From Psammoneis japonica (lineage: Eukaryota), in the NCBI GenBank assembly GCA_008632985.1, contig QPGO01000078.1, positions 124,001 to 188,000 of the forward strand: a DNA stretch of 64,000 nt, in the 5' to 3' direction. This document shows, one piece after another, positions 43,421-57,779 of the stretch (the first letter of the stretch is position 1; every line of letters begins with the position of its first letter). The notes below the pieces were generated by a model. The model was not told the origin of the DNA, did not search any database, and saw nothing but the letters and a program-made list of their open reading frames with translations. The position numbers and the translations under genes were made by a program.

Positions 43421-43946
43421 GTGGTGTAGATTGGGTGTGCAACCCCATTTTTTGCAGTGTCAGTGTGCACACATGGCCATTTGCACATGCGGAACATGGG
43501 ACTGCACACAACTTTTTTGTGGTTTTTTGCACATTTTGGTCATGTTCACACAAGACACATGCAGGCTTGCTGCTTGCATGCTGAAATTGGCAAATTTCTC
43601 TCACATCTGACAATGTCCCATGCATGTGGGATTGTCCCCCCATTGTGTCACACATGACAGGAGATGGCAGCTCAAGTCCTGGATGTGGTGTGGATTGGGT
43701 GTGCAATCTCATTTTTTGCAGTGTCAGTGTGCACACATGGCCATTTGCACATGCGGAACATGGGACTGCGTGCAACTTTTTTGTGGTTTTTTGCACATTT
43801 TGGTCATGTTCACACAAGACACATGCAGACTTGCTGCTTGCATGCTGAAATTGGCAAATTTCTCTCACATCTGACAATGTCCCATGCACGTGGGGTTGTT
43901 CCCCCATTGTGTCACACATGACAGATGTTGTCTCAAGTCCTGGATG
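43421..43946. repeat. 264-bp tandem duplication
   Basis: gtggtgt(a/g)gattgggtgtgcaa... starts at 43421 and 43685; the copies differ at few sites. Confidence 0.92.
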
Positions 43947-43949
43947 ATG

Positions 43950-46900
43950 TGCGCATGGTTTTCAGTGCCTGTGGCATTGGACAACAAGCTCAGCACATTT
44001 GCAAAGTTTTGACAAAGGTTTTGTGACTCTTGCTCATGTCAGAGAGATGGAATCTGATGCTGATGTGACTGAGATGGTGAAGCGTTTGGCCTCTTGCACA
44101 TCTGCTGAAGGGCACAGAGCATGTGAGTTCAGGCACAGCTCAAATCAAATGCACTCAAGCTTCAGTGTGGTGGATGCATGACAGGCAAAGACATGGACAA
44201 GATTTGGATGCAACAGAAGCAACTCCAGAAGCTTTCAAATTGCAAGTCGCTCAAATGAAGATCATCAAAAAGAAGAGGTCTGATGTGGACACAAATGTGA
44301 GTTCTGGCACAAAGTTTGATCCATCAATTGTGTGACATGTGCAAGAGTGCTTTTTGAGTTTGCCATTGCAGAAGGCTGGGGCAATGAAAGTCCCACTGTG
44401 CCATGTTGCTCATGTGGAAGAAATGCCTGAGGAACCTGCAAATGATGAAGAGCATCACACATGGACCAATTGCTGTTTCAAGGCAATGAAAGTTGTGAGA
44501 ATGGCTGCCATGTTGGATGCCAAAGGAGCTCTTGGCCAGTGCACCAGTTGAACATGAATTTCACATTTGGGTGCATCAGAAAACAGATGTGCAGCATTTG
44601 GGGCACAAGCCAACCATTGCAATGGTCAAGGAGAGTCAAGTGAATGGACAGTTGCAGCCAAATGCATCATCAAAATGGTCCATTGTTGAAATGGGAGGGT
44701 TCCTTTTGAAGCTGTGGCTACAAAGTCAACAAAAGCTTTCACTGCTCTTGACAAGGATCTGGACTTGAAACCTTTCAAACATCAAAAGTTGGATGCATTG
44801 TCAAATTGCATCAATGCAACTGATGCTGAGTTGGTGGCCTCTGAAGCCATGATCAGCCAAACCCATCCAACAGATGTTTAGACAGCATGGAAGTGAGACA
44901 ACAACAGATGTGCAGCCATCATTGCTGGTTGTCACATCAAATTCACCACCCACTTCCAAGGAAACAGTTTGATCAAAACTGCTGCAGAACTTCATTTTGG
45001 AGTTCCTCAACAAAGCAACTTTCCTTTCAAATGGCTGTTTGGAATGTTCCTTGCAAAAGCCATGCAATTGTTGTCAGCTTCCATCTGTTTGGCATGTGCT
45101 TCAATGTGAGATGCAATGTGATCACTCCTTTCCAAGTCTGCAACACAACAAAGAACACTGGCCAGGGACAAAACACACAAGTGTTGTTGTTTCCTTGCAA
45201 GAACAATTTCACTGGCAAGCTGCTTGTCCACAACTCAATCTGCATTGGATGACAACATCTTTCCTTCTGGCAATGAGCAAAAACCATCCTCTGGCTTCCA
45301 ATCTTTCAATTCCTTCTAAACATCTGGATGTTGTGTCTTGAAATTGCACTCAGCCCAATCTTGGGTCAAACAGTTTTTGCAGTTTGCCTCAGAGTGCAAA
45401 CAACAAAAGGAGCAACCTTTTGCTGGTTGTGTGGAAGACTGGAAGCTCCTCCTTGCTCAGTCTCTTGAGATTTCACAAACTGTGTTGAACTGCAAATTGC
45501 GCCCATCTTCTGCTGAATCTCATCCCTTCCTTTTGAGTTGTTTTCTGCACTCTGTTGGGTTTGTGCCCAGCATCTGCAATGAGCTCAACACAACTCTTCA
45601 TGGGACAGCCCCTCATTTTGTTGGTGCTGCCAGCAAGCCCATCTCCACACTGCATGCAGCCAGAAACTTTGCTCAATCCAAGTGAATTTTGCAACCCTCA
45701 ACATCACTTGAGCATTGTTGTGCATTTGTTTGGCCATCTCCCTTTCTTTTTGGTGGTGCTCACCTTTGCTCAATGGAGCCAGAGCTGATGGTGCTCTTGG
45801 TCTTGGCTTTGAGGTGCAAAGGACACAAAGATCTTTGTCATTGCTTGCTCCAGTGACAGCTGTTGACATCTCCATCTGGCATTTGCAATGCGTGTCTCCC
45901 ACCCTCTCCCTTCTTTCTTTTTGTCTCCAAATTCTGAGTTTCCTCACTTGAAGCATCCAAGTCTCCCACCTGCTTCTTCTCTCAATTTCATGTCCCAGGT
46001 GACAATGCATCCTTCTGCAAAACAAATGCTGTTGCAGCCAGGGAGCCACCTTGCTTCAATCAACAATGCAAGCCATGAGGTTCCTGTTGCAATGCTTCCT
46101 CCAAACACTTGAGCAAATGTGCAGGCCAACAAGTTGGCGGGCTGCTTTCACAGTCAACACCCCTTTGACACTGCTCACATCACTCCATTCCCCAACTGTC
46201 AGGCCTGTCTCAATTTGTCTGATGGAGCTGTTGCCACCAGACTGAAAGCTGCAGTTTGCCATGTGTGGCTGCTGCCCCGGCGCTCAAGGAATGCATCTGC
46301 AAAAGGAACAAGTGGCATCCTCAGGTGTGGAGTCTGATTGTCAAACTGTTGCATGATTTGCTCCCTGCAAAACAAGATTGCTCATTTTCACAACCGAGTG
46401 CATCCTCATCATTGTCTTCAGTGTGAGCACCCAATGGAAGACAGGGATCATGTTCTTTGCTGCCCAGAGAATGAGGCTCAGTGTCTGAAATTTTTTTCTT
46501 GCAAAATTTGTGAAAGCATTGCAATCAAATTGACATGATGCCTCTGTCATGGGACTTTCTTCTGACTGCCCTGGAGGCATGGTTTTTGGATTAATGCTGC
46601 GTGAGTCTGATTTGACACTGATGCCAGTTCCGCTGTGGAGGGCCCAGTCAAACATTGGCTGGCAACAGCTCTTCAACAGTTGATTCTCCAAGTTGTGGAG
46701 TGTCTTTCAGGAGATTTGTTTGAGGGAGTTTAGATCACTGGATGAGCATCAAAAGGAGAACATGCTTCCTTCAGTCTGGGCAGCCCAAGTTGGGTCCTGC
46801 ATGTGGAGCAAGTGGTGGGAACTGCAGGAGGAGCACAACCAGATTGCACACAGCTGCAATGCGGATTCTCACAAATCATGTTGGTGTCAACTGAGGCAGA

Positions 46901-47100
46901 GCTGATGGCAATCTGCAACAAATGACAAGAGTGCTTGGCAGCACACAGAAATGTGCTTGGACCACAAGGAGCATGCCACATCTCAAATTCAGAATTGGAT
47001 CGCGATGGTGAAACCCATTTTTAGAAAGAGCTTGAAAGATGCAAAGAACCTGGTGCTTCAAGGGACTTGCACAATTCTCAGCCACTTTGGTGGGGACACT
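43950..47100 (+). mobile_element. Decayed non-LTR retrotransposon 3' region (RNase H-like and C-terminal Zn knuckle)
   Basis: CLQCEHPMEDRDHVLCCP (~46413-46466, CCHC), QSNIGWQQLF (~46645) and WSKWWELQEEHNQIAH (WxxRN-like, ~46803); weaker RNase H-like DADV and HGQD near 44055-44200. Confidence 0.55.
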
Positions 47101-48759
47101 GCCACACTTTGCAGCACACTGGAAGTGCAGGTTAGCTGGTGCAGGCACAGTTGACAAAGGAGCAACAGCACTCCAAACAAAGGACTTTCTTTTTTTTAAC
47201 AACAATGTGAGCCAGTGGCTCCTTGAAAAGTTCTTCTTCTTGTCATCTGAGAATTGTTGTTGTGACATTTCTTTGTTGTTTGTGATGGCTTCCACCAACT
47301 TGGAGCACCACGGTGGTGAAACAGACTTGTGCAAACAGTTGCACCTGATTCCAAAAATGGCCCTGTCATTCATGAGAACCTGCAGCACATGACAGCACGC
47401 CACCAACCAGTGACAACATCATGAAATGCCTCTGATGGTGAAACCTTTTCATGTTTGCATGGACCAAATGAAGAAACTTTTTGGCAACCTTGCTGCCAGA
47501 ACAACGCATCAGCACTCTGCATCCTGCATCAGTGGGAAGTTTGGGGATGCAAAGATTGTTCTCCATGTCATTGTCTGAATCATCAGGATCCTTCCTGTTC
47601 AGTTGCTTGTCATGAAAAAGACTGTCCTCATTGTTGTGCTGATCAGATTTCTTCAACTTGTCACATTGTTTGACAACTGGAGCATGGCCATGCTTCTTGT
47701 CCACCTGCTTCCTCTGACACCTTCTGATGCAATGGACCACTGGTTGTGTGTTTCACACCAATTCTCTCTTGATCGTCAAATGGGGGACTTTGTGTCACAT
47801 TCAAACTGGACATGCAATCCCTTTGAGAAACAAATTTTAAATTTGCTCATCTTTCCTGACAGGGACTTCACTCCACAACAACCACAAAACACAATCTTGC
47901 CAAAGGGCAGCCATGCAGTCTTTTGCACTTTTCTAAATTGCCAGCATTGACCTGGCTTCCTTCACTTGTCTTGCACTTGGCAGCACTAAAATGACTGTTG
48001 CCAACACAGCTTTTTGTTTTGTCAAGTGGTTCATCCCAAATGACATGGTGGTCATTGCTTGTCTCAGTGGTGCAGGTGGCACACTTTTGGCTGGAACAAG
48101 GCAATGCCAGAACAATTCTGGAGCTCATTGGAGCAACCAGCTTCTTTGCACATGGTGCAAGAGCATTGTCTTCTGCCAGTGCTTGTGTTGTCACAGCCCC
48201 ATTGCTCAGGGAGTCTTTCACACCTCTGTCATCATTGACCTTTGGCACTCTGTCATGTTGTGGCCTTGCACTGTGCCACAGAACTCTGTGCCAAGCTTTC
48301 CATTTTGACTCATTTGTTTTGTGAGCCTGTTGAGCGAGCCTCATTGTCTGTTCTCAAAACAACTTTTTTCTGGCTTTCCCACAAAGACTGCTGTGCTGCT
48401 TGTGGCAACAGGCATTGGGTGTTTCCCAGCAGATGACCAACAAGAGCCCAGACATGTGCAAGAAACATGCCAGGTTTCATGCAAGCAGCCACAAAAACAA
48501 ATGGCAAAGGCTGTTGCCATTGCCATTGCCATTGCTGTTGCTGTTGCTGTTGACAGAGCAATGGAGCTCAATGCTCTCTGCTGGCATCAACAGCACAGTG
48601 GGAAAAGGCAAATGTTGTTTGATTTGCTGTCTCCAGCAGAGGGGCCTCACTTGCTTTGTGTGCAGGCATTGCTCACAACCTGACAGAGGTCCTTGTGTCC
48701 ATGTGGGAATGGTGCGCTGTCACCTGGGCTCCTCTCCTTGGGTGCTGGGGTGCTTTTGG

Positions 48760-51700
48760 CTCAACAAGCACTGGGTGAAAAATTGGCCTGGCCGAGAGCC
48801 TGGAGTGGCCACCCGGCATTGCTGACAATCACAAATGACTTGTGGGAAAAAGAATTCTTGATCCAGTGTGGGCAATGACCACAAGGGAACTGCATGTCAG
48901 CACATTGCATTTGATCCAAACAAAGTGGCTTGTGACCACAGTCTTCAATTTGTCACAGTGAAAATTGTCCAGTTCAGCAACAATGCCAAATTCTGGTTGT
49001 CACATGAGCAAATGGCTGTGTGTGTGGGAAAGAACCCCAACAGCAGACACAAAATGCCGCTGCCACATCAGATTGCACAATCACACACAACAGTCATCTG
49101 GAAGCTTTCTAATGAGAAAATCTTTGAAGTGTCAATTGAAACGATTGTTGTGGTGATTCTGGTCATTTTGCAGATTGCTTTGACAAAAAACAGTCTCTCA
49201 TGGGATTCTACGATTCGCCACCTCCAGACATTCTCTCTTGGCACCCTGCCTGAAACAACCCTCACAAAATGAAAAACAAGAATTGAGGCTCTCTGGGGGC
49301 ACCATTGAGTTGCATCCACCAAAAGCTCACAAAACAGGATCAAGCCAAATCTCAAACAAGACAAAATGAAGATCATTTGCAAGGGTGTTTCTCTCCTTCT
49401 TGCTTTTGCTCCATGCAATTCTTCTGGCAAGTGGCGTTGCTGCATGGTTTGTGCTGGGACAACAGAGCCATTTTGACCAGACAAGAGAGGCTGACAAATT
49501 TGCACTGCACCCCCAAATCTTCTGTTCTTCCTCAGCCCTGACAACTGAGCCAGAAATCAACAATGGGAATTCTCAAAAGGTGAGCAACAAGACTGCACCC
49601 ATGCTGTTCATTTCCTTTTGTCAGTCGTTCTAACAACGTTTGCTTGTTTGGTGAATGCACCTCTGTTCTCACAGGATGTTGTCAACCCCAACACTGAAGC
49701 CAAGTCCAACAGGTTGCTTGCTGCAAGCAAATTGAGGGTTGCATGTTGCTCAAGTTGAGCCAACTTCTTCATCATTTTCTAAAACATCTGAGTTGCTCAA
49801 AATGTCTTTCAGTGTTGCTTTCCTGCCAAGGGGGCATGCTGTGAAACTGAGTGTGGTCAACCCAAATGTGCAGTCACACAGCAACACAATTGTCAAGGTC
49901 ACAGCAGCCACTGCATTGGAGATGGAAGCAGCTGCAGACCCAACCAGTGTGCAACCATCCCACATCCCATGCAACCAACTGTGCCCAGCCCCCCTGCACC
50001 AATGTTGGATGGAAAGGAGGGAGCATGCTGGTTGAGGTTTTGGCAGGTCTTGTCTTGGTGAGCAAGAACCACTTTCTCTCCCCATCTTTGACCTCAATGC
50101 TTTGCCACCTTGAATTGCACAAATTGCATTTTGCGTTTGCAGGGATTGATGCTTTGTTGTTTTGGAAGACATTTGCAGCAGGTTGAAGAATGGAATTTAC
50201 CATGGGGATGACATGGCTAGACTTGTTGCTGTTGTGAGAACAGAATGAATGTGCATCAACAGACATTGTGATGACCCACATTCTTCTTTCTTCTTGCTTT
50301 CAGACCTTCATTTCCAGTGGCTGCAGGACCAGGAGTGCATGTTGCTTGGGTTCTGGTGAATGCCTTCCCTTTGAAAAGAAAAGCACATGCCAAAGGGCAC
50401 TTGGTGACACATTCCAAGGCATCGGCACAACTTGTCAAGACAAAGGAGCGTGCCGTGTGACCCCTCCTTTTGGACCTGGTGCCTCTTCTTCTGGTCCTGG
50501 CACCCCTCCTTCTGGACCTGGTGCTCTGCCATCTGGTCCTGGTGCCTCTTCCTCTGGTTCTGGTCCTCCTCTTGGTCCTGGCACACCTCCGCCTGGACCT
50601 GGCGACCCTCCCACAGGTCCTGGTGCTCTGTTGTCAGGTCCTGTTGCTCTCCTTCTGGTCCTGGTGCTCCTCCTTCACCCACGCTGCCATCTCTGAAAGA
50701 GGGAGGTTGCTGCTTGCCCTTTGGAAACTGGAGCTGCAACGTTCTTTCCAACAAAGACTGCACTCATCAGAGTGGAGCACACCTTGGAGACAGCAAGACA
50801 TGTGCTGCTGCAAGATGCCCAAGGCAAGGAGCCTGTTGTTGTGACAATGGCACTTGTGGCAGGACAAAATTGTCTGGATGCAATGATGGAGTCTTTCAGG
50901 GTCACGGCAGCAAATGTGAAGATGGGAATGGCTCTGCCATTTGTCCAATGCTGGCTCCCACTCCATCTCCTGTGCCTGCTCCAGTCAAAGAGGGGGCTTG
51001 CTGCCTGCCTTTTGGCAATGAAAATTGCAATGTTCTCACCAAACAAGATTGCACTGGTCAGGATGGAGCACACCTTGGGGAGATGGCAAGACATGCACTG
51101 CCAGATGATGCCCAAGGCAAGGAGCCTGTTGTCACGACAATGGCTGTGGCCGGACCCCTTGTTTGGATGCAATGATGGAGTCTTTCAGGGGTTCAGCAGC
51201 AAATGCAAAGGAGAGAATGGTCTGACCATTTGCCCAACGCACTCTCCAACTCCGTCTCCTGCGCATGCTCCCATGGCTGCTCCTGCACCTGCCCCAACAG
51301 GAGCATGCTGCTTGCCCTTTGGGTGGAAAACATGCAAAGTTCTCTCCAGGGCAGACTGCGACACTGAAGGAGGAGTGTGCCAGGGAGACAATCAGGCACG
51401 CCAAAGGACATGTTGCCCAAGGCAAGGTGCTTGCTGCCTTGAAGATGGCAATTGCTTCTTGAGCCCCTTGGCTGGTTGCAACAATGGCAAAGTGTTTCAG
51501 GGCCGCGGCACTGAATGCCAAGACAGCACCGGTGCTCCAGTGTGTCCAGCGGCAGCCACACCTGAGGCATTTCTAACCCCAAGCCCAGTCAAGGAACCAT
51601 TTGGTGTGTGCTGTGACAACAAGTTCTTGAGGTGCACCAAGACCTTCAAGTCTGCATGCAATGGTGGTTTCTTTAGCAATGGAAGTCAATGTGTTAAACC

Positions 51701-52430
51701 CAATGGACAACCCGGGTTTCCTGCTGCCAGAGGTTGACCCCAAGTCCACCGGTTGTTGAAGTGGGCCGCTGCTGCCTTCCCAATGGCAATTGTGATGCAA
51801 CCACTCCTGCAAAATGCAATGATCAGTCCAGTGTGTGTCAGGGAGCCATCACCATGTGTGGTGGTGCCAATGATCACTGCAGCAAGAAAGGAAGTTGCTG
51901 TGTGGGTTTCAAACTGTTCTGCATTGACATCAACATTGCAGCTTGCAAAAAGAAGCAAGGCAACTTCCAGGAAGACACCGCATGCTTTGACACCCATTGG
52001 TGTCCAGGTGAGGCCTGGGCTTGGAGACGCCAAGTGATTGTGATCACAATTTGTGGTGCAAGTGCTTGTTTTGGCAAGGACATGCAAATCTCAATCCAGT
52101 GAATGCCACCATGATGCCTCTGTGTTGTTGCACCAGTCCAAGCCCCTCTGCAAGAAGAAGATGAAGCAAGTGGGGCTTGGGTCCAACTGCAAAAAAAAAA
52201 CAGTGTCCATGTTTTGTGAATGTTGTGCAAGCAGTGGGTGCACCACAGCTGTTTCATTCATTGCCTCAGTTTTTCATTGGCATGACTGCCTGACCTTTTT
52301 TCAGAGACCCCAGAACAATCCACTGTCACAACAACATGATGGAACATGATGACACCAATTCAATCAAGTCACCAGAGCCACCAAGTGTCTTTGAGTCACC
52401 ATGAATGGCCGGCAGCCACAGGGGTTGCAT
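48760..52430 (+). pseudogene. Decayed paralogue of the Cys-rich gene locus (~36245-39430), including upstream region and introns
   Basis: Colinear with the intact locus: ATGAAGATCATTTGCAAGGGTG at 49366, GACCLEDGNCFLSPLAGCNNGKVFQGRGTECQD retained, stop read through at 52016. It carries extra modules at ~50985-51240 and ~51590-51740. Confidence 0.93.
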
Positions 52431-52639
52431 CACAGATCACTCAAGATTGTTGTTTCTGGTGTCAAACTGGTGTCTGACAGTGCCATGGTGATTGATGTTT
52501 TGGTCGGATTCCATGTGTGGAGATTTTGCACTGTGCGCCCAAGTTTCTTGGTGGTGTTGTTTTCAAAAAGGCAACAGCTTGCTGTTTGCTGTGAAATCCT
52601 TGCAGATGTGCACACAGCCTCCACCTCCATGCTGCTTTT

Positions 52640-54110
52640 GGTGGAGCCAGCATGGCCCACAATCTTTGTGGACGAGGCTCAGCAGCTGCTGGAGAACCTC
52701 CCCTGTCACTTTCTAAATTGTGACAAACCACAGCTGCACTCAGCCTTCTCTGCATTGCTGAAATGTTTCCTTGAGATTGTCAAGACTCAAGATGCAAAAG
52801 GGTGCCCTGTGTTTTCCGGGACTGGTTTGTCCATTGACAAAACAAGGGGTGAATCTAGATTTGCCATGGCAAAACATTCTGCATCAATGCAGTCTGTGAT
52901 TGATCATTTTTTGTGAATTTTGAACAGTTTGGTGCCAGAGCCATCAAGAGCCATTTGAAATCATTTCTTGATTTAGAAGAGCTTGACGATGATGTCTTCA
53001 AACACATTGCCAGGTGGCTTTGTGGACATCCAAGACAGACTGCAAACTTCTTGGAAGTTCACTTGGCAAGAGGCTTGAAGGACTTTGATGGGACACAAAG
53101 CACCTTTGACAACTCAGAAGCCAAAATGGTGCAAGCTCTGGATTGACACCTCACAGCAATGATGACTGCCACCATGGTTGCTGGAAACCAAAGACACTCA
53201 TGGAGTGCTGGCCATGCTTCTGCCTGCTGTGGCATTGATCGAGTCATGACCATGAGCAACATGTGCCAGATGCAGCACTTGCTGGAAACAGCCATGTTCA
53301 TTTTCACTGATGGTGGGAAGACTTTGTTTCTTCAAGAAGAGCCCAAACAGTTGATTGAGGTTGGTGTTGCCGCACTTTCAATGTCAAGAAAGAGGGGAAA
53401 AACTTTGTCAGAGTGTTGAACAAGCCAATCACAGTCCAGGCTGGCATCAACCATTTCAGCTTAGAACACACCCTTCAGGGCCATGTGCTGGCACAGGAAG
53501 CTGGCATCTTTGCCTTTGAGAAAATGGTGCTGCCTGGCCTTCAGAAGAATTTAGAAGACCTCTTGAAAAGGCAGCTGGAGAATCAAAATGGATTCAGCAA
53601 GTTCTTCAGCTCTTCCCACTTGGTGTCTTCTCAATCATCACATGGTGTGCTTGCAATTGACTGCAAAAGTGACGTTGCTGGAACAATCAATTGGATCAAC
53701 TCTGCTGCTTCAGCCAGATTTGAAGGTCTGGCTCCACTGCTCTGCTGCTCGGATGACAATTTTGGACTGGACATGCTGTTCTGATGTGGAACAAGGAACA
53801 CACACCATTTGGTGCTGTCCTCACCCAGGCAAAGTTCAGCAAAAGATTCAATCATCTCAATGCTCTGGCACCAGTGTGAAAAGTGTGACAAACAGGTGAG
53901 GGATGATCTCTGGAACAAGTGGGAAGAAGCAAAGGCAAATCTGGTTCAAAATGGCAAACCCTGTCTTTGCCTTGTGGCTTGGCATCCAGCAAACATCACT
54001 GGGTTGGTGACTCTAGGATGCTTTCATGAAGATGACACATCTCCTTGTGGGGACATGGGTTGCAAGCAAGACCATGACTGGCTTGGAACGGTGAAAGGCA
54101 AAGATGAGCA
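52640..54110 (+). pseudogene. Decayed Crinkler-like P-loop NTPase + restriction-endonuclease-fold gene
   Basis: IFVDEAQQLL (Walker B-like), PVFSGTGLS, WLCGHPRQTANFLE (GRxR-like), LIEVGVAAL, FAFEK and DDNFGLDMLF (GPD-like), interrupted by stops and frameshifts. Confidence 0.5.
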
Positions 54111-57100
54111 ATGAAGTCTTTGTTGTGCAAAAACTGGAACACGATCAAATTTTTGGAGTCTTTGACTTCTTGAGCTGTCATGTCCCCAAAACTCCTCTTT
54201 TTGCCACCCAGCCAAGGGGTTGATTTTGCAAATGGTGGTCTGCAACCCCCATCAATGAGAGTTTTGAAGCTCTGCTGGTGTCTCTGTGGTTCAATCTTCC
54301 CACAACGCACACTCAGCATGGTGTGAGCCAGCTCCCAAACATGCAGACCCCTGATTGATTCAAGAGGATGCCCCCAAAACTGATCCAAGACAAAAAAACA
54401 AAGTAGAAGGTCACAAAGAAGATGATGATGCAATGATGCTTGTGGCCATGACCACCACTCCTCTCTCCATGTGGGCCAAAAGGTGGTCAAAGAACATCTC
54501 CCATGCCTGGACAATGTTCAAGTGATGGCAAAGAAGCACCTGACTGGAAAAGGAAGAGGAGTGGGGCCAGGCTTCTCATTGATGCCATTTGCCATGAATT
54601 CCATGACAGTGAGCCTGTCAAAAAATTGGAGGTGGCTGTGGGTTTGAGCTCATTTCAGACAATGTGATGCCCTTGCAGGCCACAGTGGCAGTGGTCAGAT
54701 CCTTTTGTTGGAAGACAGCACCAGGAGCTCAAAAAGCTTGAACATGGCAACTGCAAAGAGGCCAGCAACATCTGTTGTGTGCTTCTGCAAAAGCAGCTCA
54801 ATGGAGTTGTCATTTGACCCCACGGCAAGGAGCATCAGTGCACATTTGTCAGCTGCAAAGATGCAGAGATGCAAGACTCAGCAAACCCTCATGTCATGCC
54901 TGCACTTCACAATGACATCTTCCCCTCATCATCTCTCACACTGCACAAATGATGAGTGGAGTGCATGGCACTCACATGGCAAGCTTCTCTCAGCAAAAAT
55001 CCAAGCTCCAAGCATGATCCACTGGACTGCACCAGCAGGACTTAAAAGGCACTCTTGGAGTGTCTTGGAGTGCTGCTGTTCATCATGGAAGCACCGCAAT
55101 GGATCTGAACAGCTGCAAAGAGCACAAAGGTGATTGGAGGAGGTGCAGATTGTCAGTGGGAGGCATTGAGCCATCAGAGCCATCACCGGAGGAATTGGTC
55201 AACTGTGCAAGCTCCACTCCTGTGGCCCTCAAAGCATGAGAGTGCTCTTCTTCCTTCTCCTTGAGGAAGTGCTCTTCTTCCTCCTCCTTGAGGAAGAGGG
55301 CTCTTGCTCTTGCATTGACTCATCAAGGTGCAATCATTGGCATCATCATTTTGCAGCTCCTCCTCTGAAAGAGAGGCAGTGTTGCTGCTGTTGTCATCCT
55401 CCAGCTCCACAAGCTTGTCTGCTGTTTCTTGCTCTGCTTTCAAAATCATCTGCTGCCCCACCAACTCTCCATCCTTTGCAACAGACTTTGTTTCCATGGC
55501 AGCAGAAGTGCCTTTTTCTTCTTCTTCTTTCTCTTCCTCCTCCTCATTGGAGAGCTCCTCCTCCTCCTCCTCCTCCAGCAGCAAGTCTCTGCATGAAAAG
55601 ACTTCACACTCCACAAGACCATTGCACGCCCTGGACAACTGGGCACAAACCTCCTTGCACAGCAACCAGATCTCTGCACCCCCAACAAAGCAGATTCAAG
55701 GTCACACTTCCTCCTTAAAATGCTTTCTGGTGTCAGATTTTGACCAAATGTTGGTGGGCCATGCTGGGTCCTCACCACTTCCACTCAAACCGCAGGGCTG
55801 CAATCATTGCCTTGTTGCACAACAGGTGGCAAAGCAACAGCTTTGCGCACTTGCATGAGCACTGGTTTGCTCTTCATGCTGCTGCTGCTGCAAGTCTCTG
55901 CTGCTCAGCCATGGCTGATGCCACTTGCAAATGAAGAACAGCTGTGGGTGAATGTGAGAGCAAAACACAGATGCTCCAAAAGCACTTTGTCACAGCTGGC
56001 ACCCCAAAGCTCATCCAGCATGCATGCTTGGCTGCCTTTGTTTGGTGAGCACATGCTTCAACAAGGCTGGAATTGCACAGTCATCTTGTTGTTTGTGACC
56101 AGAGAGGGTGACAAGCCAAAGCAGCAGATGCCAAGCCAGCTTTGTGAATGATCTTCATGTGTGGGGAAACAAGGAGGGGTGGCACTGCCATGTGAAAAGA
56201 CACATTGTTGCATGCCGCTGCATTGCTGATCTGTCCCACCAGCAGGTTGAGAAAAAACTCAAAGAGGAGGAGGCACAATCTTTTTGCAAGCTTCTGAAAG
56301 AATTTTTGAAACACCTCAACCTTTTGTCAGCATGATCCAAGGAAGGAGATGTGAGTGGTGGCAGCCAAAATGCAGGTGGAGCAATGATGTGCTCAGCAGC
56401 TTGCTTGTCAGGAAGAAGTTGCTGCTGGGCTGCTGCACCAACAATTTGCAACATCTGGCAAAACATGCTGAAGCAGCCCACAGGTCAAAAGGCTGTTTGT
56501 TGGTGTCTCCAACAGGGAGAAAAATGTTGCAAAAAAGGTGCTGGAGCAGTGCATCAACAAACTGCAGCAAATTTGCCAGCAGCCCTTTGTGTGGCACATG
56601 GAGAGAGGCAATTGCTGTGACCACAGCGGGGCTGCCCAAATCTCTGCACAGCATGGCAAGAGCCACTTTGGAGCCTGAGACACTCTGCCCATGAGCAACT
56701 GCAAGCATTTTCTCCATGTTTCAAGTGTCACAAAAGCAAAAAAAGGAGAAAAAACAGCTGCCCATGCAACTGGTTGTTTGAGCACAATTCACAGAAGCCA
56801 AGAAAGATGGAGGTTGTTGCACTCACAACCTCAAAAAATTTGTGCATTCACAATGGCAGCATCAGCTGCTTTGATGTCATTCAAGATTTGACAAAAAATG
56901 TCATGAGCAAAAAAAAAGTGGGAGAAAAGCGCTTTGAAGCACAATTTGCAACTTCCATGCTGGGCACAACTGCAGCAATGAGACAGTGCCACAGAGCAGC
57001 AAGGTGGTGTTGAGCAAAAAGCTTGCAGGCTTGAGCATGAAATGAGAAAGAAAGGCTTTTGATCAAACACACCATGTCATGTCAAAAAATGAACTCACAA

Positions 57101-57779
57101 ACAAGGAAGAATGCCCCCAACCCAACTGGAGCTGCAGCACTGCAGAGACAGATGAGACACAGGAGCTCACAGCAAAAGCAGCACCAGGGGTGTGTGCAGA
57201 CAAAGCGGCTTGAGAGAGGCAGACAAGCTGATGCCAGCTGGCAAGTCATCATCAGTTTGTGTTGCATTTTTGAAAAGCAACCACATTTCTGCATTTAATT
57301 TCAAAAGTGCAGCTGGCACAGTTTGGGGCTTGAACCTTGAGACAACCTCTGACATGCTGCAAGGCACTGCTGGATGAACCAACCAGCCCACCACCAGGCT
57401 GCAGTGCCACCTCCTGGTGTGTCTTGTCAGCAACTCATTGTGGTTCTGTTCTGCCCACATTGGACGGTTCTCTTTTGTGCACACTTTTTGTGGCTCTTCT
57501 TTCTTCTGCAAGATGCATTGACATGCCATAGACATGTCACTTTGAAAGGGCCAGTCACATCAATTCCATGACACTGGGCACCCCCAATTTTGGAAATGAA
57601 AAATGGCACCAAACATTGAATGCACACCAGCACGCAGTTGTTGAAGCAATGTGCCAATGGCACTCACCACTTGCCACTCAACAAATTCTTCAAGATTGAC
57701 TGTGTGACAGTGTTTCTCTTTGCATTGATGGGACAATGTGTGCCCTTTTTTGCCCAATCTTCCCATGTTCCTGCCCAGC

